In this document: piece after piece, positions 25,150-38,492 of the stretch | How positions within the stretch are numbered: position 1 is the first letter of the stretch | Layout of the letters: each line of letters starts with the position of its first letter | From: the human T2T-CHM13v2.0 reference genome, Homo sapiens | Strand: one strand, 5' to 3' | Assembly (NCBI RefSeq): GCF_009914755.1 | Contig: NC_060929.1 | DNA: 64,000 nt | Translations under genes and position numbers: made by a program | The notes under the pieces: generated by a model | The model's database searches: none | What the model was told of the DNA's origin: nothing | The model's input: the letters and a program-made list of their open reading frames with translations, nothing else

Positions 25150-25871
25150 AAGACCCAGAGTTTAATAAGATTCTCAGGGTTTCATGAAACTAGAAATAGT
25201 TAGGAGTTACTAATTATTACCTCCTAAGTACTATGACTAAAATCCTCTGCTACCAGCAACAGGCAGCTCCTTTTAATATGTTGATTGTCCAGTCCCAGAA
25301 AATTTAGCCCACAATACCATCAATGCTTTAGTTTTTATTTCTGACACAGGTTGTGACTCCTTAATAAAAAAAATACAGGCTTCACTAAAGATAATTATAA
25401 AGTACTGTTTTTGCAAGCTATAAACATACATATAATAGAATACCAGACATGAAAATAGCTGCATTCAAAATTAAATAATTTCTCCTGATGAATTTAACTA
25501 TTAATCAGTGCTTATGTAATCCAAATGAACATGAGAGTGGGAGGGAAGTCATCCTCTCTTTAGATTTAAATAAGAAGCGTTTTGTCCCTTATCCCACATT
25601 CTTATTGTTTCCCCCAATAAATCCAGAGATTGGATGGGGGAAAGGGACTGCAGGAATACTTGTTTTCTCTTCTGTCTCATCTCCCCCTGTTCCTCATTTC
25701 TACTTGCTCCAGGTCATTCTAAGCTTGAATAAAGCCAGTTACCTTGGTATTTTCTGGAAATGTTGGCACATGTGTAGCCGACTTTACTGAAGGTTTCTAG
25801 CAATGCAGGGGATTCTTATCACAGCACTAGAGACAACTTTAAATTGAGCATTGACCCCTCTGCTCACAAAT

Positions 25872-25941
25872 GACCGCCGGCGACCGCACCCCTGGGACTT
25901 TCTCATGGAACCTGCTTCTACAGGCTCTGCCACCTGCTGTA
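25872..25941. promoter_or_regulatory. Candidate CTCF site with adjacent CpG cluster and NF-kB-like motif
   Basis: Minus strand CAGCAGGTGGCAG (25927-25939); GGGACTTTCT 25894-25903; four CpGs in accgccggcgaccgc. Confidence 0.4.
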
Positions 25942-28173
25942 TTTCCTAGCTCCCTCCTTCCTTCTCTCACTTCCTTCTCTCTTTTCTCTTCCCCCTTACC
26001 CTCGTCACTGAAGAACTTTCAGCTTTTTTTTTGAAGAACAGCTTACCTAATCTTTAAAAAAAAAAAATGCTATATTACACACCACGTTTTAGGAGAGGGT
26101 CTCATTTTTTCCACCCAAAACAATTTTTCAAGTTATTTTCCTAAACAAAGGTAGCTTGTATCATTAAGAGAAACTCTGGTGTCAAGTAAATGATTAGAAT
26201 AATTTATCTTTTTTTCCCCCATCATGTTACACTTAATTTTCCTTTTAGTCCAACTAGAAAGCTCTTATTTCTTCTTACCTGGTGAGCATCCAGTGCACTC
26301 TATGGATGTTGTAAATATGTCCTTGGTTTTATCTGATGCTTGGTTTGAGATCTCTTGTTGGCTTTTTCCTGCTCTTTTCCAGTTCTCAAAACTGACATTT
26401 CTTTTTCAGAAATAAAGTTGCCTTATGATCTTTGGGAAGGCTTGTATTTATTTCTTCTCTATGCTTACTGAGCTTTACTTTTTTTTTTTCTTTTTTTGCA
26501 CGATCAGAAAAGTAGAGGAAATAAATCCTCTTCTCTACTTTGCTAAAGTCATCTTCCAACCCTGAGGTGCACCCCCCCTTTTTTGACAATAAGGGGAAAG
26601 CAGCTAATAAACACAGACTAACTCATTTGGTTTACTTTCCCTCTCCCTATACTTGATAAAATACTTGATTTGCAATAAAGCCTCTCTTATAATTCTATAT
26701 CCTTAAGATATACTTTAGTCTTTATTCAGGGGTTAAACGTTTTATTCACTGAATGTTTAAAAACATGGTTTGAACAAACCATGCTGAACATACTTTATGC
26801 TGAATCCTATGGAATCCTACCCACACAAGCAGCTCATGATGTTTTGGAGATGTGCAGGAGGTTGATATTTTGAGTAAGGCAGTGCAGGATGCTCTGTTGG
26901 AGGATAAGAGATACAGAAAATGAAATTAGGTTTTAATTAGAAAGCCATTTTAGGGGTTTCTGGATATTAAGACAAGATGCTTTTGGGATGGCAGTGAGGA
27001 CACACTTGAAGAGGATGGCATTGGAGAAAGGGTTGTCCAGAAGGAAGAAGGTGGTCCAGATGAGAGAAGCTGAGCACCATCCCAGCAGAACCATGGCAGC
27101 AGGACTACAGGAGAACATGAACTGCATAAAGTCAATGTCATGCTCAGCCAACTTTCTGAACATGGAATGTCAAAGACAGTAAGAAGCTGAAGATTTCTCA
27201 ATGTCTACACTCAGAATACCTGTGAGGTTATTACAGAGTAATGATCAGTTCTTGTCCGGGTAGGGACATAGTAAATGGAAGACAAGTTGTTAAAACTTTG
27301 TAATATTCAAGGTCAATTGATATTTGTATATTCATTTCAGACAGTGTGTCAAATATGACTGATTTCCTGGAAAATTTATGTCTCCTAAGGAAAAGAGTTT
27401 CTAATTAGCATCTGTTTCACTTAGACCATGTAAATGGCGAAAACCATTCAGGCAATCTGTCATACATCCTAAATTATATGAAAAGCTGTCTACATTAATC
27501 AAATAAATTGTGTAGCATTAGCCTTTGGGTTCTCAGACTATTTTTCAGCAAACACACATGCCCCACAATGCTTCTACTTCTTCTTTTAAAAGTCTATTTT
27601 TTAAAAAAATGTGGTATGTCTAATGACTTTTCCCCCTTCAAAACCCTGTGTGTGGGAGAATAACTGATGGCTTATAATGAATTGTTTCAAATTTGACTCT
27701 CTTCATAGGCAATGTTATCTAAGCCACAGGTCTAAAAACCACTTATATGCCAGCAATTCCTAAATTTATATCTCTAGCTCTAACCTCTCCTCTGAACTCC
27801 AGACTCATATACACGCTACCTCTTATATATCTCTACCAGGAGGTCTGAGAGGCGTTTCAACCTAACAGGTCCAAAACAGGGCTCTTCTTTCCCATCAACC
27901 TGCTGCCTCTTCATTCTTCCCTCTCAGTTGATGTCATCATCCACTTGGTTGTTCAGATGAAAATTTAGGATTCATCCTTAGTTCTTCTCTTTCATCCTTG
28001 ACATTGACACCACTGGGTAAGTTGGGCCAATTCTATCTACAAAATTCTTTGTGAATCAGTTCACTTTTCTCCATCTCCTTGTTACTACCCTGAACTATCT
28101 TCTCTCCTAACATTTAACCCATTATCCAGAAAGAAGCCAGATTAATTGTTAAAAAAAAAAAAATCAAAATCAT

Positions 28174-28455
28174 GGCCCGGCACAGTGGCTCATGTGCGTA
28201 ATCCCAGCACTTTGGGATGCAGAGGAGGGTGGATCAGGAAGTCAAGAGATCGAGACCATCCTGGCCAAAGTGGTAAAACCCTGCCTCTACTAAAAATACA
28301 ACAATTAGCTGGGTGTGGTGGCGTGCACCTGTAGTCCCAGCTACTCGGGAGGCTGAGGCAGAAGAATTGCTTGAACCCAGGACAGAGGTTGCAGTGAGCC
28401 AAGATTGTGCCACTGCACTCCGGCCTGGTGACAGAGCAAGACTCTGTCTCAAAAA

Positions 28456-28493
<38 letters not shown>
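28174..28493 (+). mobile_element. AluSc with (TAAA)n tail
   Basis: gtcaagagatcgagaccatcctggcc and cctggtgacagag diagnostics. Confidence 0.93.
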
Positions 28494-28495
<2 letters not shown>

Positions 28496-28796
28496 CCAAA
28501 TCAAAGTACATCCATTTCCCTCATGCTTGGAATAGGAATCTATGTGATCCTATACCATCTACCACTCTAATTATTCTCCTATTCGGCTCTAACTATTCTC
28601 CCCTTCTCATATGGTGACACAGCCACACTGGCTTGCCTTATGCTCCTTGAAGAGTTCAGGTTTATTCTTCCTTTATGAATTTCACTTTCATCAGCTGGGA
28701 CTATCCTCCTTCTTGAGACTCGCATGTCTGGATTCTTTTCATTCTCTAGTTCTTATTTTACATTTCACTTCCTCAGCTAACCCTTTCTTGATTCCT

Positions 28797-29310
28797 TGTC
28801 TCAGTCAGGGTCCACCCAGGAAAATGCAATAATGCTTAAGTGTTTAAAACACAGGAAATATAATACATAGTATTGGTTATCAACATGGTTGAAGAGCTAA
28901 GAAGCCAAACAGGGGGTGGTAAAACAACCAAGAGATTAATAAAAGCAGAAAGTCACTACCAATCCTAGTCCAGAGGGACAAAAAGTGGAGGTGAGTTTAC
29001 TGGAGTTCAGGGACCACAGCAGAAGCTAGAATTACATCAAACACATCTGGTGAGAGCCAGGGGGTGTATGCAGCCCTGCTGAAGATGCCGTCTAAGGCAG
29101 AGAGAGAGGGCAGAAGTACTCTAGCTTTTCCCTTCTACCAGTACTCCATTCTCGTATCAGTGGTTCCTTTATTAAATCCAGCCTTAAATCAGCTAACACA
29201 GGAGACAGCGAAATGCCTGCGGGGGTCAGCCCCACCACAGTACAGAGCAGAGCAAGACATGGGAGAGAAATTAGTTGGAATGGAATCAGGCCAAGGATGG
29301 GAATATTGCC
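28797..29310 (-). mobile_element. Ancient LTR (LTR78/LTR79-like)
   Basis: tgtctcagtcagggtcc...gaagccaaacaggg...caacccaagagattaat...gcagaaagtcactacc...gagggacaaa; subfamily and strand uncertain. Confidence 0.5.
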
Positions 29311-30169
29311 CAACTTAGTAGCCCTTCTTGCTCAAACACATCTTATCCCATCATTCCATTTACATCACAGCATACATCATCACTGCATAGTTTCTTGTTT
29401 GTTTATTTTTTATCTTTGTCTCAAGGTCATGTCCAACACAGCACCTGGCATATTTTATGTGCTCAATAAATAATTGTCAAATGAATACAATGGGAGAAAT
29501 TTTTTATCTATAAAATCACATCAGAAAAGATGTATAAAGTATTCATTTAATAATCCCTTCCATGTTTGTGTACATTGTAACTAGAAATACAAGCTGGGTT
29601 ATTCATGAGATCAATAGTAACACATTTCTTATGGGGACCTTAGAAGTTAGGTTGGATCATGGGGTTGGGATGGGGAGAAGTGCCTACTGCTATATTTTTT
29701 TTCTGAAGAGATGACTGTAATACTTTTAAAATAAATACCTGATTCAGTCTCACAATTGTGTTTTTGCTTCCTTAGTCAACATTCATCTTTAAGAATAACT
29801 TTACTGAAACAGGATAACATGTTTTTTAAAAATTGTAGAATGCTTTTGGTCACAAGTAAATGTTTCCAAAATCAAGGAATGCTAGAAAAGATTTAATTCC
29901 TAAAGATTTAAATTAAGAATTTAAAATTAATAAAAAATTAAACATTAAATTTCAGAATTTCTCATTTTCCTTCAAGTCATCAACTTCCCTTAGTAGTAAT
30001 AAGTTCATTGAGTTCATGCTGTTTATAACACAGTTAGCATAAAGATCTCAGAGCTGTAGATGCAGTTTAGCATACCATTCTCTTGTTTTTCATTGAGAAA
30101 CATGAGATTGAGGAATACCAAGAGGTTTCTCTCAGGATTATAACACCAGAGGACCAAAGGATCCTTAAC

Positions 30170-30470
30170 AAGATAATCAAATCCACTCCCTTTGCCTCCA
30201 AGGTATGCAATGAATTATCAAGCTAAAGCAGGATTACATGTAAATCCACATTTGCTGAGAGCTCTTGGGGAAGAAGATTGTAATGACCCCATTTTAATAG
30301 CATTTACTGTTCATAAATGTTTCCTGATATTTATGCCACATCCTTCACACTACAATTTAAGCCTATTGAGCTCACTCCTTCCTGACCTCCCATAATATGC
30401 TCAATTTTGTGTTGCCCTTTAGTTTTTTCATATACGAAAGTTCTGTCTTTATAACAAGATCATCTATAAG
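30170..30470 (-). mobile_element. L3/CR1 fragment
   Basis: ttactgttcataaatgtttcctgatattt...tacaatttaagcctattg. Confidence 0.4.
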
Positions 30471-30923
30471 AATTACATGGCTTTACATTGTTTCAGTTCT
30501 TCCTGGAGTACAGGTTGAGAGACTTCTCAACTAACTGATGGACACCTTTTATAAATTTAGAAGTTTTGCAAGAACATAGCCACAAAAGTAGTTAAGAATA
30601 TCAGATTTTATTCCACTTTGAACCTTCAAGTTTGTCAATTGCATGGGTTGCTAAAAGACTTCTGTAGTTTCCTAATTCTTAGCAAGATTTTTTTCCCCAC
30701 ATAGTTAGAAGGGTTAAGCCTACGTGATAACAGTACTCTTTCATGTTGATATTGCCTTTCATACAGATGCATATAAGTAAATATGGACAGAAATATTCAA
30801 ATAACTAGTCAAATGATAATAATAAAAATCTAAATGTTAGAATCTATTTTGGAGACTTTTAATTAGCTAGTTATTGATGTACATGTGTAATGTACATGAT
30901 ATTAGTACATAAAGAGATTAAAC

Positions 30924-31160
30924 AATAATCATAATAGGCCAATATTTATTGAGTTATTGTTACATTCCAAGCCCTCTTCTAACTCTCTTTATATATAAAA
31001 ACTTAGTTAGGCTTCATGACAATTCTGGGTTGCTACTATTAATATCTCATTCTAAAGAAAAAGGAAAGCTGATACACAGAAATGTAAATTGTCCAAGAGC
31101 ATGCAGTTGGTAGGTTGCAACTGATGTTCATATCTAAGAACCTGTGCCCCTAACCACTAA
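30924..31160 (-). mobile_element. MIR SINE
   Basis: aatatttattgagtta...ctcattctaaagaaaaaggaaagctgatacacaga...ttgtccaagagcatgcag...cctaaccact. Confidence 0.7.
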
Positions 31161-32099
31161 ACTCCGGCTTCTGTGGTGAGAGGACTTTAATATTTAATAG
31201 GAGGTGTCCAGGAAGTGGCACATGATGGTTCTGGTTTCAGTTCTCACTACAAGAAGAAGTGACTTGCTTGCCACAGCAGACAGAAGACCGCTGTTCTCTC
31301 AGAGGAAACGCAGCTGCCAGGGAGAAGGCACATATAGACACAGTAAAGCTATGGTCAGCATTTGAGGGGGCTACTGGAGGGAAGCAGAACTTTATGAAGA
31401 ACTCAATCTATAAAAGTGAGGCTTTGAGCTAGTAGTGGCATGAGCAGTGACCTAGACTTAGAAATAAGGACCCTGAAGTAAGATATGGACATTCCAGCCC
31501 AACTAGGCATCATAGTATGTCAATCATCCTGCCCACATTAGAAGAGCACCAGACAGGATCAGATCTGTTTCCATAGGTCGTAGCCACACAGATAAAGTGT
31601 TATGACTAGTTGCTTAGTAGAACACACTGATGGTTTCTTGTAAATCATTGTTTATAACTAGAAAGATAAATTGCATACAATTCTTATTTGAGAGTGTGGA
31701 TGGAATTATTGTTAGTAAAACCCTTTCATCATCGTCTGAAAGTTCCTAGTCAAAAGAATCCTGCTATGTTTTGATAAATATGAGTTTTTGGATAAAAGAA
31801 TAGGGTGAACACATACTCTGACTTCAAAGTTCTTTAATGTTTATAAAATTTAGGTGCTACCTGCTGCAAATATATATATGTATGCATATATATGTGTATA
31901 TATATATATATATAATCATCTAATGCCATATTTCTCAGCTGATAAATACACATGTACATATACAAATACATATATTTGCATACATAATCTTCTAATACAT
32001 TATCCTCTCCTGTTCCAGTCTCCTCAATTGATTGTCAAAATCTCCCCATGTTCCTGCCCTACGATACTGAAAGAACATTATTTTCCAATTTTATATTAC

Positions 32100-32490
32100 T
32101 TTCTGCAGACACAAAATCATGCCATGTCCCTTCTTACCTCCAAGCTTGTTGTTCTTGTTGCTTCTGCTGGGAACGACCTTTCTAGATAAATCTAAATCCA
32201 GTCAATTACTCTTCAAGGCCCAAATCAAGTGCAGTTTCCTCAGATATTCTCCACCCAACCCTGATTATTACCATCTCCATCCTCCCTTGGTACTTCCTGC
32301 TCGAGACACTTTGGCAGTCAATCACATGCTGCCCTGAACATTGCCATGTTTCATGTGTGCATACATTGCCTGACAAATCATTTGTATATTTCTTGGGGCT
32401 AGGAACTGACTCTTAAACTTTTTGCCTTTGCACAACTTCTAGGATAATGTCAGACGTTCAGCTGACTCTCAATGCATAGCTGTTTGCAAC
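32100..32490 (+). mobile_element. L2 3' fragment
   Basis: ctcttcaaggcccaaatcaagtgcagtttcctc...ctctcaatgcatagctgtttg. Confidence 0.5.
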
Positions 32491-32532
32491 AAAATGACTT
32501 GAAAGCACGTAATTGTTTTACTTCAGACTTAC

Positions 32533-32540
32533 TGACGTCA
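32533..32540. promoter_or_regulatory. Full palindromic CRE (TGACGTCA)
   Basis: Exact CREB/ATF consensus with intact CpG in non-repeat sequence. Confidence 0.35.
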
Positions 32541-33139
32541 ATAACTACGTTATTTTTGAAGGACATTTTTTCCCCTTAGGTCCAGAAAGACCTGTAGGGC
32601 ACACTGTACATCACAGTCCGGGCTCCCTCTAAATCCACTGCATGTTCAGTGACAGGAATTGAGTGTATCCTCTTGTCTCCACATGCTTTTTAATCCGGGT
32701 AATTTATATATTTCTACCGTTGGACAAAAAGCCATTTCATTGGAAGGAAAATGTCCTATTATTATAGAGGCACACAATTATTTGAGTTTAAACACATTTT
32801 GATGATAGTCCGCCAAAGGAATTTTCTCACATGGAGGTGATGCCTATGTCAGTTTAAGTCCTCTGTGTCCAGAAATTGCTACAATTCAGCTTTATTGGCA
32901 TTGGCATTTAGGCAGGCAGCTGTTGAATGGACTAATGAGACATGGTGAACATAAAATATATGGTTTACTTAATGGGTTAAACTCAATAATCACACAGCAT
33001 AAGAATATATCTCAGCCTCAATCATTCCAATGTATCTTAAAAACTGTAATACTTGTGGATCCATCCACTGTGAAATTACCTAAAATCTCCAACTTAGTGC
33101 TTTTCATCTTGACTACCTCCTGGAATGATGGCTTCAATA

Positions 33140-33335
33140 ACATTAATAGCACTAGCAGTTAGCATTTAGCAAGTACTTCTTATATGCCTGTAATTATCTC
33201 CATTAATCTTCACCACAAACCTGTGAGAGATGAGGAAATTGACGCCTAACGAGATTAAGTGTCTCAGTCAAGGTCAAGAGTACAGTTAGTAAGTGGTAGA
33301 ACCAGGGTTTAGTGCTCTCTGCCTCCTCAAGTCAG
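33140..33335 (-). mobile_element. MIR SINE
   Basis: ttaatcttcaccacaaacctgtgagagatgaggaaattgac...gttagtaagtggtagaaccagg. Confidence 0.7.
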
Positions 33336-33349
33336 GCTAGTCTAAACTC

Positions 33350-33492
33350 TCCCTATGCTCAGCATCAGCATCACCTGGCAGCTTGTTAGAGACCCTGAGT
33401 TTCAAGCCCCACCAGGACCTACTGAACCATAATCTGCATTTCAACAGTTTTCTCAGGTGATTCATACACACATTAAACTTTGAGAAGCCCTT
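33350..33492. mobile_element. MER5A (hAT-Charlie)
   Basis: cagcatcagcatcacctggcagcttgttaga...gacctactgaaccataatctgcattt...caggtgattcat...tttgagaagcc. Confidence 0.75.
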
Positions 33493-33771
33493 CTCTAAAC
33501 CACCGGGTTATAATGCCACCCTTCCTGCCCAGTCTGTATCTCCCATCATTTGTTCTGAACTTACCTCTCCAAACTTCAGGGCAATGTCACTGTCCAATTT
33601 ATAATTAAACCTTTGGTGGTTCTTTGGATTTTATCTCTTCTTTCCTCAGCTTTCAGTTTTTTGAGTAAACTTTTAGGGAACCTTCTTTAACACTCAAAAA
33701 TGTATTGTTTCAATTGCATTTCTATGGTCATTTCCCAGCTCTCTATGGGTTTCTTTAAAAGAAATGATGCT

Positions 33772-34113
<342 letters not shown>

Positions 34114-34419
34114 TCACCGTTTGTCTTTGCTCTTGGGAGTTATGGTGACTCCTAAAACAATTTATCATACGTCCAGCATTGCATTGGCTTTTTTTTTCCC
34201 CTTTGATTCAGGAACGCACACTCACTAGTGTCCTTAGGGAGCAATGATTACCTTGGCTAAAATAGATGCTCACTTACCATATCTGAACTGAGAAAGAATG
34301 ACGACAAACAGATTGTTTCTGATTCTCTTTGCTGAGCCCTAGTCATTCACCACCATTCATTTGATATGTCTCACTGAATTTATGAGTCCCTGAACGATCC
34401 ATGCCTCACATTATTTCCT

Positions 34420-35640
34420 AACTCAGTGGTAGGACGCCATCTGTCCAGTTATGCAAACCAGAAATTCAAGAGCTGTTCTGGATATCTCTCTGTCCTTCAT
34501 CTCTCTTTCCTTCTGTTGATGATTTCACAGCCCAAATTTCTCCAAGTCCTCGTCATCTTTCACCTACCCTATTGTAGTAGCTTCCCATGTACTCCACCTA
34601 TATTTTCGTTTTCTCCTTTTTCTGATTATGCTATCTCTTCTTTCTGATTATGCTACCTTTCCCTCTGGCTTAAAGTATTCAGAGGTTTCCCTTTGTCCTT
34701 AAGATAAAAACAAGACTCTTCAAGTGATCTCAGAGGACCTGTCTCCCCTACCTTAGATCCCAATCCTATCTTGCACTGATGACTCCATTCCCTCTTTGTG
34801 GCAACTACCCCCATCCCCAGGCCTTCCTGCCTTTCCTCATGTTGGCTGTGCTTCTCCCTTGCGCTGGAATGCTCCCTTTACTCAATAAGCATCCTTCAGA
34901 GGGCTGGGCATGGTGGCTTACGCCTGTAATCCCAGCACGTTGGGAGGCAGAGGTGGGCTGATCACTTGAGCTCAGGAGTTTGAGACCAGCCTAGGCAACA
35001 TGGTGAAACACCATCTCCACAAAAAATACAAAAATTAGCCGGTCTTGGTGGTGTGCGCCTGTAGTCCCAGCTACTCCTGAGGCTGAGGTGGGAGGATCAC
35101 CTGAGCCCCAGTAGGTCAAGGCGGCAATGAGCTGTGATAGCACCACTGCACTCCAGCCTAGGAAAGTGAGACCCTGCCTCAAAAAGATAAATAAATAAAA
35201 TAAAATAAGTATCCTTCAGAAATCTGCTTCACTTAGGAATCCTCTGACAACTCTCTGTTAGATCTCCCTATTGTGCACTCTCATCCATTCATTCATATAT
35301 TCGTTCATGTAAATAATGCAACAAATATCTATTGAGCTACTTTTCTGTACCAGAGTCTGTGCCAACGGCTGGAGACAAAACAGTGAACAAAGCATGTGTG
35401 GTTCCTGATCTTATCATGTAAAGTGGAAATCAGAGCACAAGTCTCTCTCATTTCATAGAACTTATTGTAGGCCCAATTTGACACTAATTTTTATGACATT
35501 ATATTTATATTTGTTTCTTATATAGACTTTAAGCTCCATGAAAACAAGGATTTCTTTCTCACTGTTTTGTTTCTGGAAGCTAGCTAGCACCATAGCTCTC
35601 ATTTAGCAGACAAAATAAATACATATTGAGTAAGTGGATT
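34420..35640 (+). mobile_element. L2 fragments interrupted by AluJ and an antisense L2 tail (35280-35420)
   Basis: ccatctgtccagttatgcaaaccagaaa...; tagactttaagctccatgaaaacaagg...gcacatag; antisense caacaaatatctattgagc...cagtgaacaaa. Confidence 0.6.
34902..35203 (+). mobile_element. AluJ, full length
   Basis: J diagnostics; 17-bp TSD aataag(c/t)atccttcaga at 34884-34900 and 35204-35220. Confidence 0.93.
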
Positions 35641-36119
35641 TTAGCTATTTAGACCTAAATGTCCATATTAAAATTCATCTGCCACATATAGACTCATTAG
35701 ATCTTAAAATGTTTATTTTCCTCTTAAACTTGTCATTTTAGGAATCATAGCTCAGTGTCAGTCACAAACATTGGATTTTTAAAATAATTTATTTTAAACT
35801 ATTTATTTGTTGCTAACTGGTCAATGCTAGCTCATTCATCTCTATAATTTCTCCAGATAATAAATAAACCCTGCTTGGAGAAAGAGCCCTGAAGTATCTT
35901 GGAACACTATTTCCTGCAGAGTTTGGTCCACTTATTCATTATGTTGAGTTTTCTATTGTTAAGCCTCATTCAGAGTTTCTTATTCATATCTAAATATCGC
36001 TCTCAGTCCCTGAGTGACTAAAGTTCTGAAGCAGATTTTATAGTAGCTTTAAAAATCTGAGTATACTAAACATGCTTGCCTCTCCCTTCCCTCACTTCCT
36101 TGAAGAAAATAGCATGCCT

Positions 36120-36360
36120 CACTTTGTCTTCAAAGGGTTCCAAGGTCAAATACTACTGGGAAACAATGGCTTAAACACAGCAAAACAAGTTTTTTCCTGT
36201 GGCACTTTTTCTTAGAGCCCATTAACTTGCTATTTGACACGGTGAATCTTCAAGTGTGAGGGGATACTGCATATTCAGAACACCAGATTTTTCAAGCACA
36301 TGTGATAGTGGGACTCTCTTCTCCATGATCACTCATCAGAAAACTTTGGGAAGGGTTGCT
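36120..36360. mobile_element. hAT-Charlie MITE (MER103-like)
   Basis: gggttccaaggtcaaatactactgggaaacaatggcttaaac...cttagagcccattaacttgct...gtgaatcttcaag. Confidence 0.45.
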
Positions 36361-36604
36361 TTTAAATCAGCCTGACTTTAGATGTGGAATAAAATGTCCG
36401 CAGGTCATTGGTTTGGTTATTACTAAAAAATGAACTGTTTCGGTTTTCCCTGAAACTTGGCTGATTCCTGGAAGAACGTGTGTCCCACTCAACTCAAAAA
36501 ATAATTATTGAACACTTGTTCTGTGAATGTCTAATGCTGGGAGCTCTCTTGGCCAAGAAGACTACAGTGAAGTCCTTGCTCCTGAGGAGTAGGAAGAGAA
36601 GAAA

Positions 36605-36790
36605 ATAGTTGACATTGAGCCCCTGTTCTGTTCCAGACCTGCTGCAATGCTGACACACAGCACCCCTAAATGGTAGAAATAATTATTCCTGATGAGAAGA
36701 CAATGGATGCTCAAGGTCACACAGCAGGTAGGAGAGCTGAGAATAAAATCAAGGCCTCTTTCTTTCCAAAGCTTGTCTCTCCTTCCCTAC
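36605..36790 (-). mobile_element. MIR fragment
   Basis: cattgagcccctgttctgttccag...gctcaaggtcacacagcaggtagg. Confidence 0.55.
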
Positions 36791-37289
36791 CCCTATCATC
36801 CATGACCTATGTACAATCTTGTGTGAGAAACTCACTGAAAATAACATGAATATTATATCAGCAAATACAAGTAAAGTCCTATGGAAATCATAAGGGCTGT
36901 TTAGCTGTTTCAAAAAGATGATGTTCTTTTCCTTCCCCCCAAAAAAGGGTTTTCACCCAGAACCAAGCTTGAAGAGTGTATTTCGGTGAATTATGTAGCT
37001 AGGAAACCCTCTGCCTTTGCTGCTCTGTCTTCTTTAAGTAAGTTGTGAAATTTCCATTAATGCAGAAGTAGAACTACTGTTCAGCAGAAATTCATAACTT
37101 GTGCTTGTGGTTTATATTGGTGGTGGCAGATGTGATTTCCTTCACAAAATCCCAGAACTGGAAGGAAACATAGAAATTGTCATAAGGCTCCATTCATCAC
37201 AGTTAGGGCAGTGGAAGCCTAGAAAGACTCAATGAATTATTTGTCCAGAATCACATCAGAAACAATAGTACAAGTATGTATTAATGATG

Positions 37290-37505
37290 ATGGCCAAACC
37301 ATCACTTCTGTTTATTGAGAATCTACTAAATAATGTGGCCTTTATAATGTACTTGTATATTACGTATTATCCCTATTTTCAGAACAGGTGTTTCAGGCTC
37401 AGACAGGTTAAGCAACTTACTGTAGGGCACACAGCTCAGAGGTGGTAGACCCAGGGCTCCAACACAGTCATTCTGACACCAAAGTTTAGGCTCTGTCCAC
37501 CATGC
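37290..37505 (-). mobile_element. MIR SINE
   Basis: tattatccctattttcaga...ggctcagacaggttaagcaactt...cacacagc...ctgacaccaaag. Confidence 0.7.
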
Positions 37506-38492
37506 TGCTCCATGTTCCTATAAAGTGGGCTCATCAAGACAAGCAATCAGGAGTAATTCAACCTAATTCCTCTTGACCCCAAATCAGATGAAAATCTGGG
37601 GGCCCAAGAAAGCCTTGAAAGCACATCATTTATATGAGATGTGATTGAAGAACAATGGGCCTGTATTTTAAAAAAGTATGTAGGAGGTCATTGATCCAAA
37701 GTCAGGGGTAGTCTCTTCAAATACTCATTATAAGATGATGGCTTTATTTCAGTGATGATGCCACAGCCTGAAACCACTTGAAAAAATTCCTTTTTTTCCC
37801 CATTACATTTATAACCTGCAGTATGTTCTTTTGAATAATCACCATAATGGTAACACCATTAAATCTGTTCTTCTTTGGGAGCAGATTTAATTTTTCACAC
37901 TGTTTGGAATTTAGTTTGGAGAATGAGTGACTGGGTGATAATGGTCAATATCATGTCATGAGACCACTTTTCTTGATTGTCTCAACACAAACTCAGAAGG
38001 TCTTATTCAGAGTTAAGCTTGGTCCCTTGGATCAACAGTGGCATCTATGGAATCCAAGCCTCTCAGATTTGCATGGCACCTAATAGGTATTCTAAACCCA
38101 GTCTATGTGTGCTACGTAAAGGTAAAATAATTTAAAACAGCTACACTTTCATGAACAACTTCTGTATTAATCTTTATTTCAAGGAAGTGTGAGATTATGA
38201 TGATACGATAGTTACAATCATTTAGGTATTTTTCATAGCATAATTAGTTTCTTATTTTAAAATCTTACTTATCTTTGAAGGCCCAGCTGAATCCTATTTG
38301 ATCCATGACAATACACTACCAGAAAAAATCTAAAATTATTTTAAAAAGTCTAAAATTTAGAAAAAGTCTAAAATTACCAGAAAAAATATAAAATTTGCTC
38401 TCTGTTCCAATTTCTGAGTATCTAATCAGCTACTACATTATATGTTTATTTCATTTTTCATAGTGTTTGTTTTATCTTCCTAAAATACTATT

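Larger units (their letters stand above)
27710..29490 (+). mobile_element. L2 LINE 3' part split by AluSc and an LTR
   Basis: cctaaatttatatctctagc...ctcctctgaactccagactcatata; ends cacctggcata...gctcaataaataattgtcaaatgaat. Confidence 0.75.
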
